Counted from the first letter of the stretch, positions 1-10,113 are shown. The stretch: 64,000 bases of DNA from Nitrospirota bacterium (GCA_963751455.1 CAVVUN010000015.1:480001-544000), one strand, 5' to 3'. Notes: a model not told the origin generated them from the sequence alone. A program made the numbers and translations.

Positions 1-2
1 AG

Positions 3-101
3 AACCACAAACTGAAGGAAAAATTCAAAGAAGCAGGATTCGGGAACTGGGATGCTCTTTTGAACGATCTGAGCACGGGGAAGAAAAACGAAAAGCGATG
101 A
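3..101 (+). CDS. 3' end of an upstream gene (partial; possibly the TPR protein that usually precedes lolB-ispE)
   Basis: Open frame NHKLKEKF...KNEKR* whose TGA overlaps the ATG at 98 (ATGA). Confidence 0.6.
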   Translation, partial: NHKLKEKFKEAGFGNWDALLNDLSTGKKNEKR

Positions 102-865
102 TAGCGAGGATCATCCCCTTTTTAATCATTCCGCTGCTGGCAGCATGCCTTCCGAAAAAACCGGAGATCAACCTGCCTGCTGTTCCGGCGCAGCCCCTTA
201 TGCAGGCGCTTGATCAGCGCCGGCAATCCCTTTCGGCATTCAAGGCGGTGGCGAGTGTGGAGCTGGTCAGGGCGGGCCGGAGGCGTGCCTTTGACAGCGT
301 CGGCATTCTGCTGGACGACCAGCGGCGGGCACGGATGGAGGTGTATGGCCCGCTCGGGCAGTCGCTGCTCACTCTTGTATGGAACGGACCGGACGTTGCC
401 GTTCGCCGTGCTGACGGCAGTGTGCTCCGGCCAGGCGTGGCCGGGATCGAGAAAATACTTGGCATGCCGTTGGATGCCCGGGAACTCTGCGCCGCGCTTT
501 CCGGCAATGTGCCGGCACACGAACCGGTCGAAACGAATGCTTTTCGGGAGCCCGATGGCGGCTCCGTCATTCAGGTCCTGACTTCGGATAGCGAGCGTCG
601 TTTTCACGTCCTCTACTCCGAGTCACCTTCCGTAAAAAACGTATGGATCACTGCGGCTGAATTGTACCGGTCGGGAAAACTGGTTTACCGCGTACGATAT
701 ACGCAGAAGGACGGTGTTTCAGAGTACCGGTTGCCTGAAACAGTACTCATTGAAAACCCCGAACGCAAATCGTCGCTAAAAATTGTATACGAAGATACCG
801 AGGTGAATATGCCGTTGAGCGAGGCGGCATTCGTGCTCTCCGGAGCCGAGGTCGGCGTTCCGTGA
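98..865 (+). CDS. LolB/DUF4292-like outer-membrane lipoprotein
   Basis: Lipobox LAAC, YGPLGQ motif, located directly upstream of ispE. Confidence 0.7.
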   Translation: MIARIIPFLIIPLLAACLPKKPEINLPAVPAQPLMQALDQRRQSLSAFKAVASVELVRAGRRRAFDSVGILLDDQRRARMEVYGPLGQSLLTLVWNGPDVAVRRADGSVLRPGVAGIEKILGMPLDARELCAALSGNVPAHEPVETNAFREPDGGSVIQVLTSDSERRFHVLYSESPSVKNVWITAAELYRSGKLVYRVRYTQKDGVSEYRLPETVLIENPERKSSLKIVYEDTEVNMPLSEAAFVLSGAEVGVP

Positions 866-1731
866 ACACGATTACGGTCTCGGCGCCGGCGAAAATAAAT
901 CTCTGCCTGTCCGTTCTCGGCCGCCGGCCGGACGGCTACCACAATGTTCATATGTTGATGCAGATGGTGGGCCTCTACGACGAGATCATTGTATCGCTCT
1001 GCGAGGCAGGTATCAGCGTTCGTTGCGACAGCCCCGCAGTCCCTTCGGGAGAAGGGAACATCGCTTGGAAAGCTGCGGCGGCAATTCTGAAACGGTCCGG
1101 AGGCAAAGCCGGTCTTACGGTCCATATCAAAAAATCAATTCCGGCTGCTGCGGGGCTTGGCGGCGGAAGCAGCAATGCCGCGGCAGTGCTCACGGCCGCT
1201 AATGTGCTGCTCCGGACAGGACTCGACCGTACCCAATTGGCCGAAATCGGCGCGGAGATCGGTATGGATGTGCCCTTTTTCTTTTACGGTCCGACTGCCG
1301 AGGCAAAAGGTCGCGGAGAGTTGCTGGCTGGAACCGGACCTTTACCTGCATTCTGGGTTCTGCTCGTAAACCCCGGCTTTGAAACCTCTACCGCGTGGGT
1401 ATACTCCCAGGTAAATTTGAGGTTGACAAAAAATGTTAACTGTAATAAAATCGCAAGGCTTACGGTCCGAAATATCGCAGAAAGCCTTCATAACGATCTC
1501 GAATCGGTTACGGCTGCGAGATACCCGGTTATCGGCAAGATTGAAGAAGCACTTAAGGTTCATGGAGCCCTTGGTGCACGTATGAGCGGGAGTGGTCCAA
1601 CGGTATTCGGAATTTATGAGACAGAAGTGATTTGCCGGGCGGCTGCAGCAAGCCTGGCAGGTAACGGTTGGAAGCTCTATCCCGTTGAGTCGTTGACGGC
1701 ATCACCTCTTGAGGTGTACCATACAATGTAG
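862..1731 (+). CDS. ispE: 4-diphosphocytidyl-2-C-methyl-D-erythritol kinase
   Basis: APAKINL, GYH, GLGGGSSNAA and MSGSGPTVF GHMP-kinase motifs. Confidence 0.97.
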   Translation: MNTITVSAPAKINLCLSVLGRRPDGYHNVHMLMQMVGLYDEIIVSLCEAGISVRCDSPAVPSGEGNIAWKAAAAILKRSGGKAGLTVHIKKSIPAAAGLGGGSSNAAAVLTAANVLLRTGLDRTQLAEIGAEIGMDVPFFFYGPTAEAKGRGELLAGTGPLPAFWVLLVNPGFETSTAWVYSQVNLRLTKNVNCNKIARLTVRNIAESLHNDLESVTAARYPVIGKIEEALKVHGALGARMSGSGPTVFGIYETEVICRAAAASLAGNGWKLYPVESLTASPLEVYHTM

Positions 1732-1803
1732 AATTTCGGGCAGCGAGACGATTTCAGCGCCGCCCCGAATCCGCGATGCAATACAACATGAGGGGGTACG
1801 AGT

Positions 1804-2106
1804 ATGGAAATCACAGAGGTTAGAGTATTTCCGGTCAGCAACGAAGAAAGGCTCAAGGCCTACGCCACGATAACGATCGACAACGTGTTCCTCATCCGGG
1901 ACCTCAGAGTTATCAACGGCAATGCCGGATTGTTCGTTGCCATGCCGAGCCGAAAAATGAAGGACGGGACCTTCAAAGATATCGCGCATCCGCTTAACAG
2001 CGAGACCCGGCAAATGATCGAAGCCAAAGTTCTTTCCGAGTACGAAAAAGAACTGGCTAATCCTACCAAGCGTGAACCGGCCCCGAAAGAGAAAGGTTCC
2101 GAATAG
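1804..2106 (+). CDS. spoVG: SpoVG family nucleic-acid-binding regulator
   Basis: MEITEVRV...LFVAMPSRK...FKDIAHP signature; GAGGGG RBS. Confidence 0.95.
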   Translation: MEITEVRVFPVSNEERLKAYATITIDNVFLIRDLRVINGNAGLFVAMPSRKMKDGTFKDIAHPLNSETRQMIEAKVLSEYEKELANPTKREPAPKEKGSE

Positions 2107-2146
2107 CGGCTCCGCCGCTTGATTGAAGTTCTGCCGCTTCCGGATC

Positions 2147-2175
2147 AGATTCGAGAGGATAGGCGCGAGCCTATC
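2147..2175 (+). terminator. Hairpin downstream of spoVG
   Basis: GAGAGGATAGG-CGCGAG-CCTATCCTCT stem with a weak U tail. Confidence 0.45.
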
Positions 2176-2506
2176 CTCTTCATGTTTACCCGTTAGAGAA
2201 AAAGTCCAAGGACCAGGGCGCAGGATGTGGGACGCAAAATCGTCCATTGTCCCGGTAAGCAGGTGTTCAGTGCTTACGAGCCTTGCACAAAGCGCGGCAA
2301 TCCCGCGACTTGGCATCCCCCGGCTCCGCCGGGGTGGAAAGCGCTTACTCGCACTTGCGAGTCGCGTAAGCGCGAGTGCGCAGTCCCGGGAGGTCGCGTT
2401 GTTCAAGGGAGCCTCCGGCTCCTGCCGGAGGGGGCTCCACTAAACGAGTTCAAGGTACGAAGCGAACGGTCGTCCATTGAGCAGTTCGCAATTATACTGT
2501 CGTCGA

Positions 2507-2580
2507 TCGGGGATCGTCTAATGGTAGGACAGAGGCCTTTGAAGCCTTTAATCGGGGTTCGACTCCCTGTCCCCGAACCA
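2507..2580 (+). tRNA. tRNA-Gln (TTG)
   Basis: Acceptor stem TCGGGGA/TCCCCGA, anticodon loop CTTTGAA, T-loop TTCGACT, encoded CCA; usual ispE-tRNA-Gln-prs context. Confidence 0.95.
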
Positions 2581-2606
2581 GTCTGCGAAGCGAGGAAGAG
2601 AACGCT

Positions 2607-3554
2607 ATGATTAACAAGCGGGAATTGAAGATTTTTTCGGGCAACGCGAACATCGCGCTGGCAAGAGAAATATGCCAGAAGATGGACATCCAGCTTGGCA
2701 ATGCTGTCGTGGGCAGGTTCAGCGACGGAGAGATCAACGTACAGATCATAGATAACGTGCGAGGGATGGACGTGTTTGTCGTGCAGCCTACCGCAAGTCC
2801 CGTAAACCGGCATCTCATGGAACTGCTTATCATGGTTGACGCCCTGAAGCGGGCATCCGCAGCGAGAATAACGGCCGTACTTCCGTATTACGGGTACAGC
2901 AGACAGGACCGAAAGGTGCAGCCCCGGGTGCCGATTACTTCGAAGCTGGTGGCCGATCTTATCACCGCAGCGGGAGTAAATCGGGTACTTACGGTCGACT
3001 TACATGCCGGACAGATTCAGGGTTTTTTCAACATCCCGGTCGACAATCTTTTTGCCGCCCCGGTGATACTCGATTACATCCGGGCGAAGAAGTTCGATAA
3101 CCTGACGGTAGTCTCGCCCGATGCCGGCGGCGTCGAGAGGGCGCGTGCTTTCGCAAAGAGGCTCGATGCAGCGCTTGCGATCATCGATAAGCGCCGCGAC
3201 AAGCCGAACGTAGCTCAGGTAATGCACATCATCGGCGACGTAAAGGGCCATGACTGCCTGCTCCTGGACGACATGGTAGACACTGCGGGTACGCTGACCG
3301 AAGGCGCCACCGCCCTGCGGGCCAACGGCGCGCGCAAGATATGCGCTGCGTGCACCCATGCGGTGCTCTCAGGCCCCGCGATTCAACGCATCAATGATTC
3401 AGCACTCGACGAACTGATCACGTCGAACACGATTGCGCTTGACAGTAAAAAACAGGAGTGCGGCAAATTGACGGTCTTGTCGGTCGCCCCGCTCATCTCG
3501 GAAGCGATCACCAGAATACACGAGGAGACCTCGCTTAGTTCGCTGTTTGTTTAA
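2607..3554 (+). CDS. prs: Ribose-phosphate pyrophosphokinase
   Basis: [31 protein letters not shown]. Confidence 0.98.
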   Translation: MINKRELKIFSGNANIALAREICQKMDIQLGNAVVGRFSDGEINVQIIDNVRGMDVFVVQPTASPVNRHLMELLIMVDALKRASAARITAVLPYYGYSRQDRKVQPRVPITSKLVADLITAAGVNRVLTVDLHAGQIQGFFNIPVDNLFAAPVILDYIRAKKFDNLTVVSPDAGGVERARAFAKRLDAALAIIDKRRDKPNVAQVMHIIGDVKGHDCLLLDDMVDTAGTLTEGATALRANGARKICAACTHAVLSGPAIQRINDSALDELITSNTIALDSKKQECGKLTVLSVAPLISEAITRIHEETSLSSLFV

Positions 3555-3654
3555 CCAAAAATGCCGTACGTGGGAAGGGTAAGGCGGAAGGTGGAATCTG
3601 GATTTTTCCCTGCCGACTGCCGCCTGAAGATTTTATATTCGTAATGGAGGAGAA

Positions 3655-4407
3655 ATGGAAAAGATTTCGTTATCAGCACAAATCAGACAAAAAACGGGCA
3701 AGGGAGTTGCCCGGGGCCTGCGGCGGAACGATATGGTGCCTGCGGTCCTTTACGGTCGCGGTAAGTCAACCCCGATTGCCATGGGCCATAAGGACGTTAC
3801 AAAGGTGCTTAATACCGAAGGTGGTCAACATGCGCTCATTAATCTCAAGCTCGACGGCAGCGAGGGGGCGGACCGGATGGCCCTCATAAAAGACTACGAG
3901 ATCGATCCGATAACCGGAAAACTTATTCATGTGGATCTCATGGAAGTAGCCTTGAATGAGAAGGTAAAGATCCCTGTTGCGGTGCATATCACCGGGAGCT
4001 CGATCGGAGTGAAAGAAGGCGGTATCTTCCAGTACGGGATCCGTCAACTCGAGATCGAGTGCCTGCCGAACCAGATTCCCGACTCCATCGAGGTCAACAT
4101 TTCAGCGCTTAAGGTGAATGAGTCTCTCCATGTCCGCGACATCAAGATAGCGGAAGGCGTGAGGATTCTGACCGATCCGGACGCCACTGTTGCAACTATA
4201 CAACCCCCGATCTCCGACGCCAAGCTTGAGGCCATGCTGACAGCGACCCCGGCCGCGGTAACCGAGGGCGGTGAGCCGGAACTCGTCAAGAAGCCGAAGA
4301 AAGAGGGCGAAGCAGCAACAGCAGCTCCTGCTGCGGAAGCGAAGGGTAAGGAAGGAGCGCCGGCTAAAGAGGCTGCTCCCAAGAAGGAAGCCACAACGAA
4401 AAAATAG
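3655..4407 (+). CDS. rplY: 50S ribosomal protein L25/Ctc (long form)
   Basis: GKGVARGLRR..VPAVLYG, HVDL, GVKEGG; Ala/Lys/Glu-rich tail. Confidence 0.96.
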   Translation: MEKISLSAQIRQKTGKGVARGLRRNDMVPAVLYGRGKSTPIAMGHKDVTKVLNTEGGQHALINLKLDGSEGADRMALIKDYEIDPITGKLIHVDLMEVALNEKVKIPVAVHITGSSIGVKEGGIFQYGIRQLEIECLPNQIPDSIEVNISALKVNESLHVRDIKIAEGVRILTDPDATVATIQPPISDAKLEAMLTATPAAVTEGGEPELVKKPKKEGEAATAAPAAEAKGKEGAPAKEAAPKKEATTKK

Positions 4408-4412
4408 CGAGC

Positions 4413-4511
4413 GCAAAATGCAGAATCAAAAGTGTAAAGGCAAGGTGATCAAGTATATTCTGACGCAATTCCATCTTGCAATTTGAAATTTGCATTTGAT
4501 AATTTGCACTT
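4413..4511. repeat. Imperfect period-7 inverted tandem repeat (GCAAAAT/ATTTGCA type)
   Basis: gcaaaat-gcagaat-caaaagt ... gcaattt-gaaattt-gcatttg between rplY and pth. Confidence 0.7.
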
Positions 4512-4520
4512 TTCTTTTGT

Positions 4521-5084
4521 ATGAAAATCATCGTCGGGCTCGGCAACCCGGGCAGAAAGTACGAACGCACTCGTCATAACGCCGGGTTCATGGCCGTCGA
4601 AGAGCTTGCAAGGACTCTGCATCTTGAATTCATCCAGGAACGACGCCATGCGTTCGTTGTCAAGGGCTCACTCGATTCAACGGAAATAATGCTGGCCAAG
4701 CCTCAGACGTACATGAACGACAGCGGCAGGGCGGTGGCCGCTATACTACGCGATACCTATCAGGACGCTTCCGAACTGATCGTAATTCACGACGAACTGG
4801 ACCTTCCGCTCGGGGCGGTCCGGGTAAAGATGGGCGGCGGCCACGGCGGCCATAACGGTCTTCGGTCGATTATCGAACATATCGGGTCGTCCGAGTTCAT
4901 CCGGGTCCGTATCGGAATCGGAAGACCCATGCCGGGCATCGAACCGGCTGATTATGTTTTGAGCCCGTTCCTCCCGGCGGAACGGCAGATCGTGCCGGAA
5001 GCGATGACCCGGGCGGCGGAAGCGGTAACAGCAATAGTCAAGGATGGCCCGACAAGGGCGATGAATTCTTTCAACCAGAAGTAA
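4521..5084 (+). CDS. pth: Peptidyl-tRNA hydrolase
   Basis: IVGLGNPG..Y..TRHNAGF, KPQTYMN, HDELD, GGHNGLRS. Confidence 0.98.
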   Translation: MKIIVGLGNPGRKYERTRHNAGFMAVEELARTLHLEFIQERRHAFVVKGSLDSTEIMLAKPQTYMNDSGRAVAAILRDTYQDASELIVIHDELDLPLGAVRVKMGGGHGGHNGLRSIIEHIGSSEFIRVRIGIGRPMPGIEPADYVLSPFLPAERQIVPEAMTRAAEAVTAIVKDGPTRAMNSFNQK

Positions 5085-5187
5085 CGTATTTAAATAACCC
5101 CGGATCTGGAGGATTCTTATTCCAACGGCTCCGGGTTTTTTTGTTAAAAATGTTGACTATCTGCGGATACAAGAGAAAGGAACCTCA

Positions 5188-6284
5188 ATGGGTTTTAACT
5201 GCGGTATTGTGGGTCTGCCGAATGTCGGAAAGTCCACCATCTTCAACGCTCTCACCTCGGCCGGCGCACAGGCATCCAATTATCCCTTCACCACGATAGA
5301 TCCCAATGTCGGCGTGGTTGACATGCCGGACGAGCGTCTCGACAAACTGGCTGAAATCTACAAGCCGAAAAAAGTGACCCCGACTACCATGGAATTCGTG
5401 GACATTGCGGGTCTCGTGAAGGGAGCAGCGCAGGGAGAAGGGTCTGGGGAACAAATTCCTGGCGAACATAAGAGAAGTCGATGCGATTGCTCACGTCGTC
5501 CGCTGTTTTGAGGATCCCGAACGTGATTCATGTTGCAGGCAAGGTGGACCCGCAATCCGATATCGAAGTAATCGAAGCCGAGTTAATGCTGGCCGATCTT
5601 GATGCAATCGAAAAACGGCTCTTCAAGGCCGAGAAACTGGTTAAGACCGGAGACAAAAAAACAGCCGATGAAGTGCAGTTTATGAAGCGCCTCAAGGAGA
5701 TGCTGAGCAAAGGGGAGCCGATTCGCCGCGCAACGCATTCCGAAGAAGAAACAGGCTGGCTCAGGAGCTACAGTCTCCTTTCGGCCAAACCCGTGCTGTA
5801 TGTAGCGAACGTTGCGGAGGATATGGTGGATAAACCGAATTCGCACGTCGATGCGGTAAGAAAGATCGCTTCAGGGGAGGGCGCGAAAGTCGTGGTCATA
5901 TCCGGCCAGGTAGAGGGAGAGATCGCTCAGCTGCCCCAGGATGAGCGGAAAGAATATCTTGCCGGAATGGGTCTCAAGGAGTCGGGACTCGATCGCATGA
6001 TCCGGGCAGGCTATGAGCTGCTCGGCTTGATTACGTATCTAACAGCCGGAGAGAAGGAAGTGCGAGCGTGGACCATTACGAAAGGAACTAAGGCGCCTCA
6101 GGCAGCAGGAAAAATTCATACAGACTTCGAAAAGGGTTTCATCCGTGCGGAAGTGTTCCATTATAACGATCTCATGAGGCTGGGCACCGAGCAGGCAGTA
6201 AAGGCGGCCGGGCTTCTCCGATCCGAGGGCAAGGAGTACGTGGTTGCGGACGGAGACATCATGCTCTTCCGGTTTAATGTTTGA
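5188..6284 (+). CDS. ychF: Redox-regulated ATPase YchF, interrupted by two apparent +1 frameshifts (about 5441 and 5517)
   Basis: [16 protein letters not shown] and DIAGLV in one frame; [16 protein letters not shown] in a second; the TGS C-terminus [19 protein letters not shown] in a third. Confidence 0.9.
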
Positions 6285-6341
6285 ATTTTAATTCCGGAAC
6301 GTTAGGCAAGGATGGTCTCTTGTTTGCTGAGCAAATCCTTG

Positions 6342-6821
6342 TTACGCTTTGGGCGCGTAGACCACTTTGCGGAGAGCGTACTTATTGACGTAGCAGATAT
6401 TATCGCCGACTTTGACTATGAGGAAATGATAAGGCAGATTGAGGCAGTCCGACAGTCTTCCTTTTTCAGCAGGCACCTCGGCCATGAGCAAGCCGCTGAT
6501 AGAGCCGTCGTCAATGAAGATGGCCTTGATGCTTATGCTCTGCATGAGGCTGAGCGCTGCTGTTAGTTCCTCGTCCGCTCCGTAGTTTGCCTCAATCATC
6601 CGGATATTCCGTTTACGGATAAATTCAGTGCCCCCGCGCTCCTTCAAGGTGAGGGGGAAAAACATGGTTTCGTCTTCGAGAAACGATACTACCTTATGAT
6701 GAATGGTATGTGCGCCGGGGGCGGATTCGAGAAAAATGGAGCCCTCAACAGAGACTGCCGCTTCGAGGTAAACCGTTACATTTTGCTTGTCCTTGGGTAC
6801 GGCGAAACCCTCGTTGCTCAT
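6342..6821 (-). CDS. Hypothetical protein with an internal duplication, Hfq/Sm-like (DUF6812-like)
   Basis: Two similar halves (VTVYL...EGSI...FIRKRNI and IKAIF...SGLL...RLSDCLN...YVNKYAL); GGGGA RBS. Confidence 0.75.
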   Translation of the reverse strand: MSNEGFAVPKDKQNVTVYLEAAVSVEGSIFLESAPGAHTIHHKVVSFLEDETMFFPLTLKERGGTEFIRKRNIRMIEANYGADEELTAALSLMQSISIKAIFIDDGSISGLLMAEVPAEKGRLSDCLNLPYHFLIVKVGDNICYVNKYALRKVVYAPKA

Positions 6822-6947
6822 TATCCCATCCCCTTAAATCTGAAACATTCGGTAACGCAAAAAATTGATAAAAAAATCCCGAATCTGAGTCACATTTAAT
6901 TATTCTTACCTGCGCCAACCGCGTTCATCTGTGTCCACCCGCTTTTT

Positions 6948-8525
6948 TCATGCTTCCATCATGCCGCTCGTGAGGTTCAGGATTATGTTCTTGCTCTTGA
7001 GCAGGTTGATGAAGCCGGACTTATCGATGGCCTTTATATAGGCCTCTTCAGGCGCCACCACTTTATCCACAACCAGCTTGAACAAGGCATCGTTCAAAAG
7101 CATCATGCCCTGACCCTTGGCGGTTTGCATGATGGAAGGGATTTGGAATATTTTGCCTTCTCTGATGAGGTTTGAAACCGCGCTGTTCACGAACAGGATT
7201 TCCATCGCGGCCACCCTTCCTTTGCCGATCTTCTTGCAGAGGGACTGTGCAATCACGCCCTTGAGCGAACTCGCGACCATAGTCCTGATCTGGGCTTGCC
7301 GGTCAGCCGGAAACTGGTCGATAATGCGGTCAACAGTCGATGCCGCGGTGGAGGTATGAAGCGTTCCGAAAACGAGGTGGCCTGTCTCCGCTGTTTCGAT
7401 CGCTATGGAAATAGTTTCCAAGTCGCGCATTTCGCCGACCAGAACAATGTCCGGATCTTCGCGGAGCGCCGCCCTGAGGGCGTTGCTGAAGGACTTTGTA
7501 TGGACGTGGACCTCTCGCTGGTTGATGAGGCAGCTTTTTCTCGAATGTACGAACTCGATCGGGTCTTCAATGGTGATGATGTGGTCCTTGCGGTTGCGGT
7601 TGATGTAGTCAATGAGCGCGCAGAGAGTAGTCGACTTGCCCGATCCTGTCGGCCCGGTGACCAGGACGAGGCCTTTGCTCAGAAAACAAAGATCGAGCAC
7701 TTCTTTTGACAGTCCCAGTTTCTCCGCTGTCACGATCTCCATCGGGATCTGGCGGAAAACGCCGCCCATGCCGAACCGGTCCATGAATACATTCGCCCGG
7801 AATCGGGCAACGCCCACAATCTCGTGCGCGAAGTCCGTATCATGCAGTTCTTCGAATTGGGCTGCATTGTGCTCCGGGATAATGGCGCCAAGCAGCTTTC
7901 TCATTTTGTCAGGGTTGATTACCGCATGATCGGGTAGATCGATCATGTCGCCATGAAGCCTGATGAGAGGTTTATGATTCGACGTGAGGTGAAGGTCAGA
8001 TGCGCCCATGCTGAACATTTTTCGAAGGAGCGCATTGATCTCGGGTTCCTTGCCGCCTGCGGCTGCCGGCATCGCCTTCGGTGCAGCGGCGACAGGAACT
8101 GCCCGCTTCGGGGGCGGCGCGGCTTCTTCGACAGGGTCGGGTTCCAGGACCTCTACCTCTTCTTGCTCCGGTTCCTGAACCTGTTCCTCGACCGCTTCCT
8201 GGACCCGTTCCTGCTCCAATCCCTCTATTTTATCGGCCAAGGAGATAACAGTCCGTACCTGCTCGCCCTGTACCATAAAAGAGACGGTATAGCTTTTACC
8301 GTTGTAAGGGTATTCAAAGTTGGTGACGCGCCTGGCGGCGATACTTGCCTTGTCCGCTCCGGTTGCGATTTCATTCAGGAGTGAGATAATCTGCGGGGTC
8401 AGCAACTTCTGATTCACCATGATCCGCGCGCCCGAAGGCGTTCTCAACATCGGTTCTTTCCCGGTCTCGAGAAATATCTCCTGCTCAGGCTGCAATCGTT
8501 CAATCAACTTATCGAGCTGGCCCAT
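6948..8525 (-). CDS. pilT: Type IV pilus retraction ATPase PilT with an N-terminal extension
   Basis: ASDLHL, GPTGSGKST, TIEDPIE, LREDPDIVLVGEMRD, TGHLVFGTLH, NLIRE motif. Confidence 0.93.
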   Translation of the reverse strand: MGQLDKLIERLQPEQEIFLETGKEPMLRTPSGARIMVNQKLLTPQIISLLNEIATGADKASIAARRVTNFEYPYNGKSYTVSFMVQGEQVRTVISLADKIEGLEQERVQEAVEEQVQEPEQEEVEVLEPDPVEEAAPPPKRAVPVAAAPKAMPAAAGGKEPEINALLRKMFSMGASDLHLTSNHKPLIRLHGDMIDLPDHAVINPDKMRKLLGAIIPEHNAAQFEELHDTDFAHEIVGVARFRANVFMDRFGMGGVFRQIPMEIVTAEKLGLSKEVLDLCFLSKGLVLVTGPTGSGKSTTLCALIDYINRNRKDHIITIEDPIEFVHSRKSCLINQREVHVHTKSFSNALRAALREDPDIVLVGEMRDLETISIAIETAETGHLVFGTLHTSTAASTVDRIIDQFPADRQAQIRTMVASSLKGVIAQSLCKKIGKGRVAAMEILFVNSAVSNLIREGKIFQIPSIMQTAKGQGMMLLNDALFKLVVDKVVAPEEAYIKAIDKSGFINLLKSKNIILNLTSGMMEA

Positions 8526-8681
8526 TGAAACCCTTCCTTATTGACTTTAAATTGCGGATTGGAAAAAGGCTTAAGCACGGCAAGACAATGCGGCCTACCC
8601 GTGTTGATCTGAAGATGCGGCGTCTTACCATCGGGCGCCATAGCTCAGAAACAGAGGTTTGGAAGACGATATGCGGCGGTT

Positions 8682-9782
8682 TCAGCTGGCGCCGGTCAGT
8701 TCGTTCATGAGCGTCTTTACGGAGATGATTTTATCGATGCGGAACGCATTTGATCCGACCGTATAGAGCGGTTCTTCCTCGGTAGAATTGTACCCGCTTG
8801 AGCTCAGCAGCCCGTTGCAGATGCAGAAGTAATTCTGATTGTCTTCCTTTGCGGGACACACAGAGAATTTGCCTTCGGCATCCTTCATGAGAACATATCC
8901 CTTATCGCATTTCGGCTTCCTCATATGCTTGAGCGATGAAACATACATAGCGGACTGCTTGATCACCCGGAAGGGAAGGCCACACGGAGATCCGGGGCGG
9001 TGGGCTACGACAATATCCTCTTCTTTTGCCATGACCACCGCCTGTTTGTAGGCCTCGGTGGCGCTGCTTTCCTCGGTTGCAAGAAACCGGGTACCCATCT
9101 GAACCCCGTCTGCGCCCATCATCATGAATTTCGTGATGTCATCGTACGTGTAGATGCCGCCCGCTACGATTACCGGAAAATCACCGCACTTTACAGCCAT
9201 TTCCTTGACAGGCGGTAAAAGGTTTTCGAGCTTGTTCGTTGCAAGCTCTACCTGCTCAATCCGGAAACCGAGGTGGCCGCCTGCCAGAGGGCCTTCCAGC
9301 ACTACGGCGTCGGGCCGGTACCCCAATTTTTCCCATTTTTTACAGATAATCTCGAGAGCGCGGGCCGACGAGACTATAGGAATAAGCGCCGTATCCTTCG
9401 GCGGTTGTATTGCAGGAAGGTTCAACGGAAGCCCGGCGCCGGAGATAATTGCATCGGCCCCCGCATCAAGCGCTCCCTTGACCGAGTCGTTGAAATCCCG
9501 GACTAGTGCGGCCATGATGTTGATACCTGCGAACCCATTCTTGATCTTCGAGAGAGATATCTCTTCGTAGGCCGCATCATATGTATTTACTTTTTTCCCC
9601 CGCCTCTTCGAAACCAGGCGATCAATACAAGCGCTCGATACGATTCCGAGACCGCCTTCGCGCGCAACCGCGTTCGCGAGAGGGTGCAAGGACACTCCCA
9701 CACCCATCCCGCCCTGAATGATGGGAATCCTGATTTTTTTTCCTTTGATAACGAGCGGCTTTAATGCTGTCTGAGACTTCAA
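8682..9782 (-). CDS. Nitronate monooxygenase / FabK-FabX-like flavin oxidoreductase
   Basis: PIIQGGMGVGVS, EGPLAGGHLG, AGGI..GADGVQMGTRF, C-terminal Cys cluster. Confidence 0.9.
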   Translation of the reverse strand: MKSQTALKPLVIKGKKIRIPIIQGGMGVGVSLHPLANAVAREGGLGIVSSACIDRLVSKRRGKKVNTYDAAYEEISLSKIKNGFAGINIMAALVRDFNDSVKGALDAGADAIISGAGLPLNLPAIQPPKDTALIPIVSSARALEIICKKWEKLGYRPDAVVLEGPLAGGHLGFRIEQVELATNKLENLLPPVKEMAVKCGDFPVIVAGGIYTYDDITKFMMMGADGVQMGTRFLATEESSATEAYKQAVVMAKEEDIVVAHRPGSPCGLPFRVIKQSAMYVSSLKHMRKPKCDKGYVLMKDAEGKFSVCPAKEDNQNYFCICNGLLSSSGYNSTEEEPLYTVGSNAFRIDKIISVKTLMNELTGAS

Positions 9783-10113
9783 ATTGCCCCCTTAAAATAT
9801 TAAACGCAGACCGTATTTAAGAAAATGCACGCTGGGATCGCGGCCTGCGTAGAACGGTGCTAAAACACACAAATTATAACATAACCGCCGTTTTTATACA
9901 ACGAGGAATTTCAATTTTATTCTTATCCCCATAAAAGATTCGACGAAAAAAGTCCTCATTCTCCATTGGGAAATCAGTATTTTTTTGCGTTAGCAGAGAG
10001 CTTTTTTGTTCCTTTATAAGTCTATTTCTTTCGAACCAATGGCTACAGATAGACTAAAATATACTTGTTTTTCAAATACATACTCCGTCAGCTTCGATCT
10101 TTGTATTTTTGTA

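Noticed and set aside
2215-2270. c-di-GMP-I riboswitch or group I intron suggested by GGGACGCAAA and dense structure
   Set aside because: No GNRA-capped P2 or receptor and no P/Q/R/S intron core; the segment fits a period-7 repeat better
2123-2610. ORFs across the spoVG-prs spacer
   Set aside because: They overlap the tRNA and GC-rich hairpins and show no protein-like features
8633-8657. tRNA-like GGGCGCCATAGCTCAG...AGAG
   Set aside because: No anticodon arm, T-loop or matching acceptor stem follows
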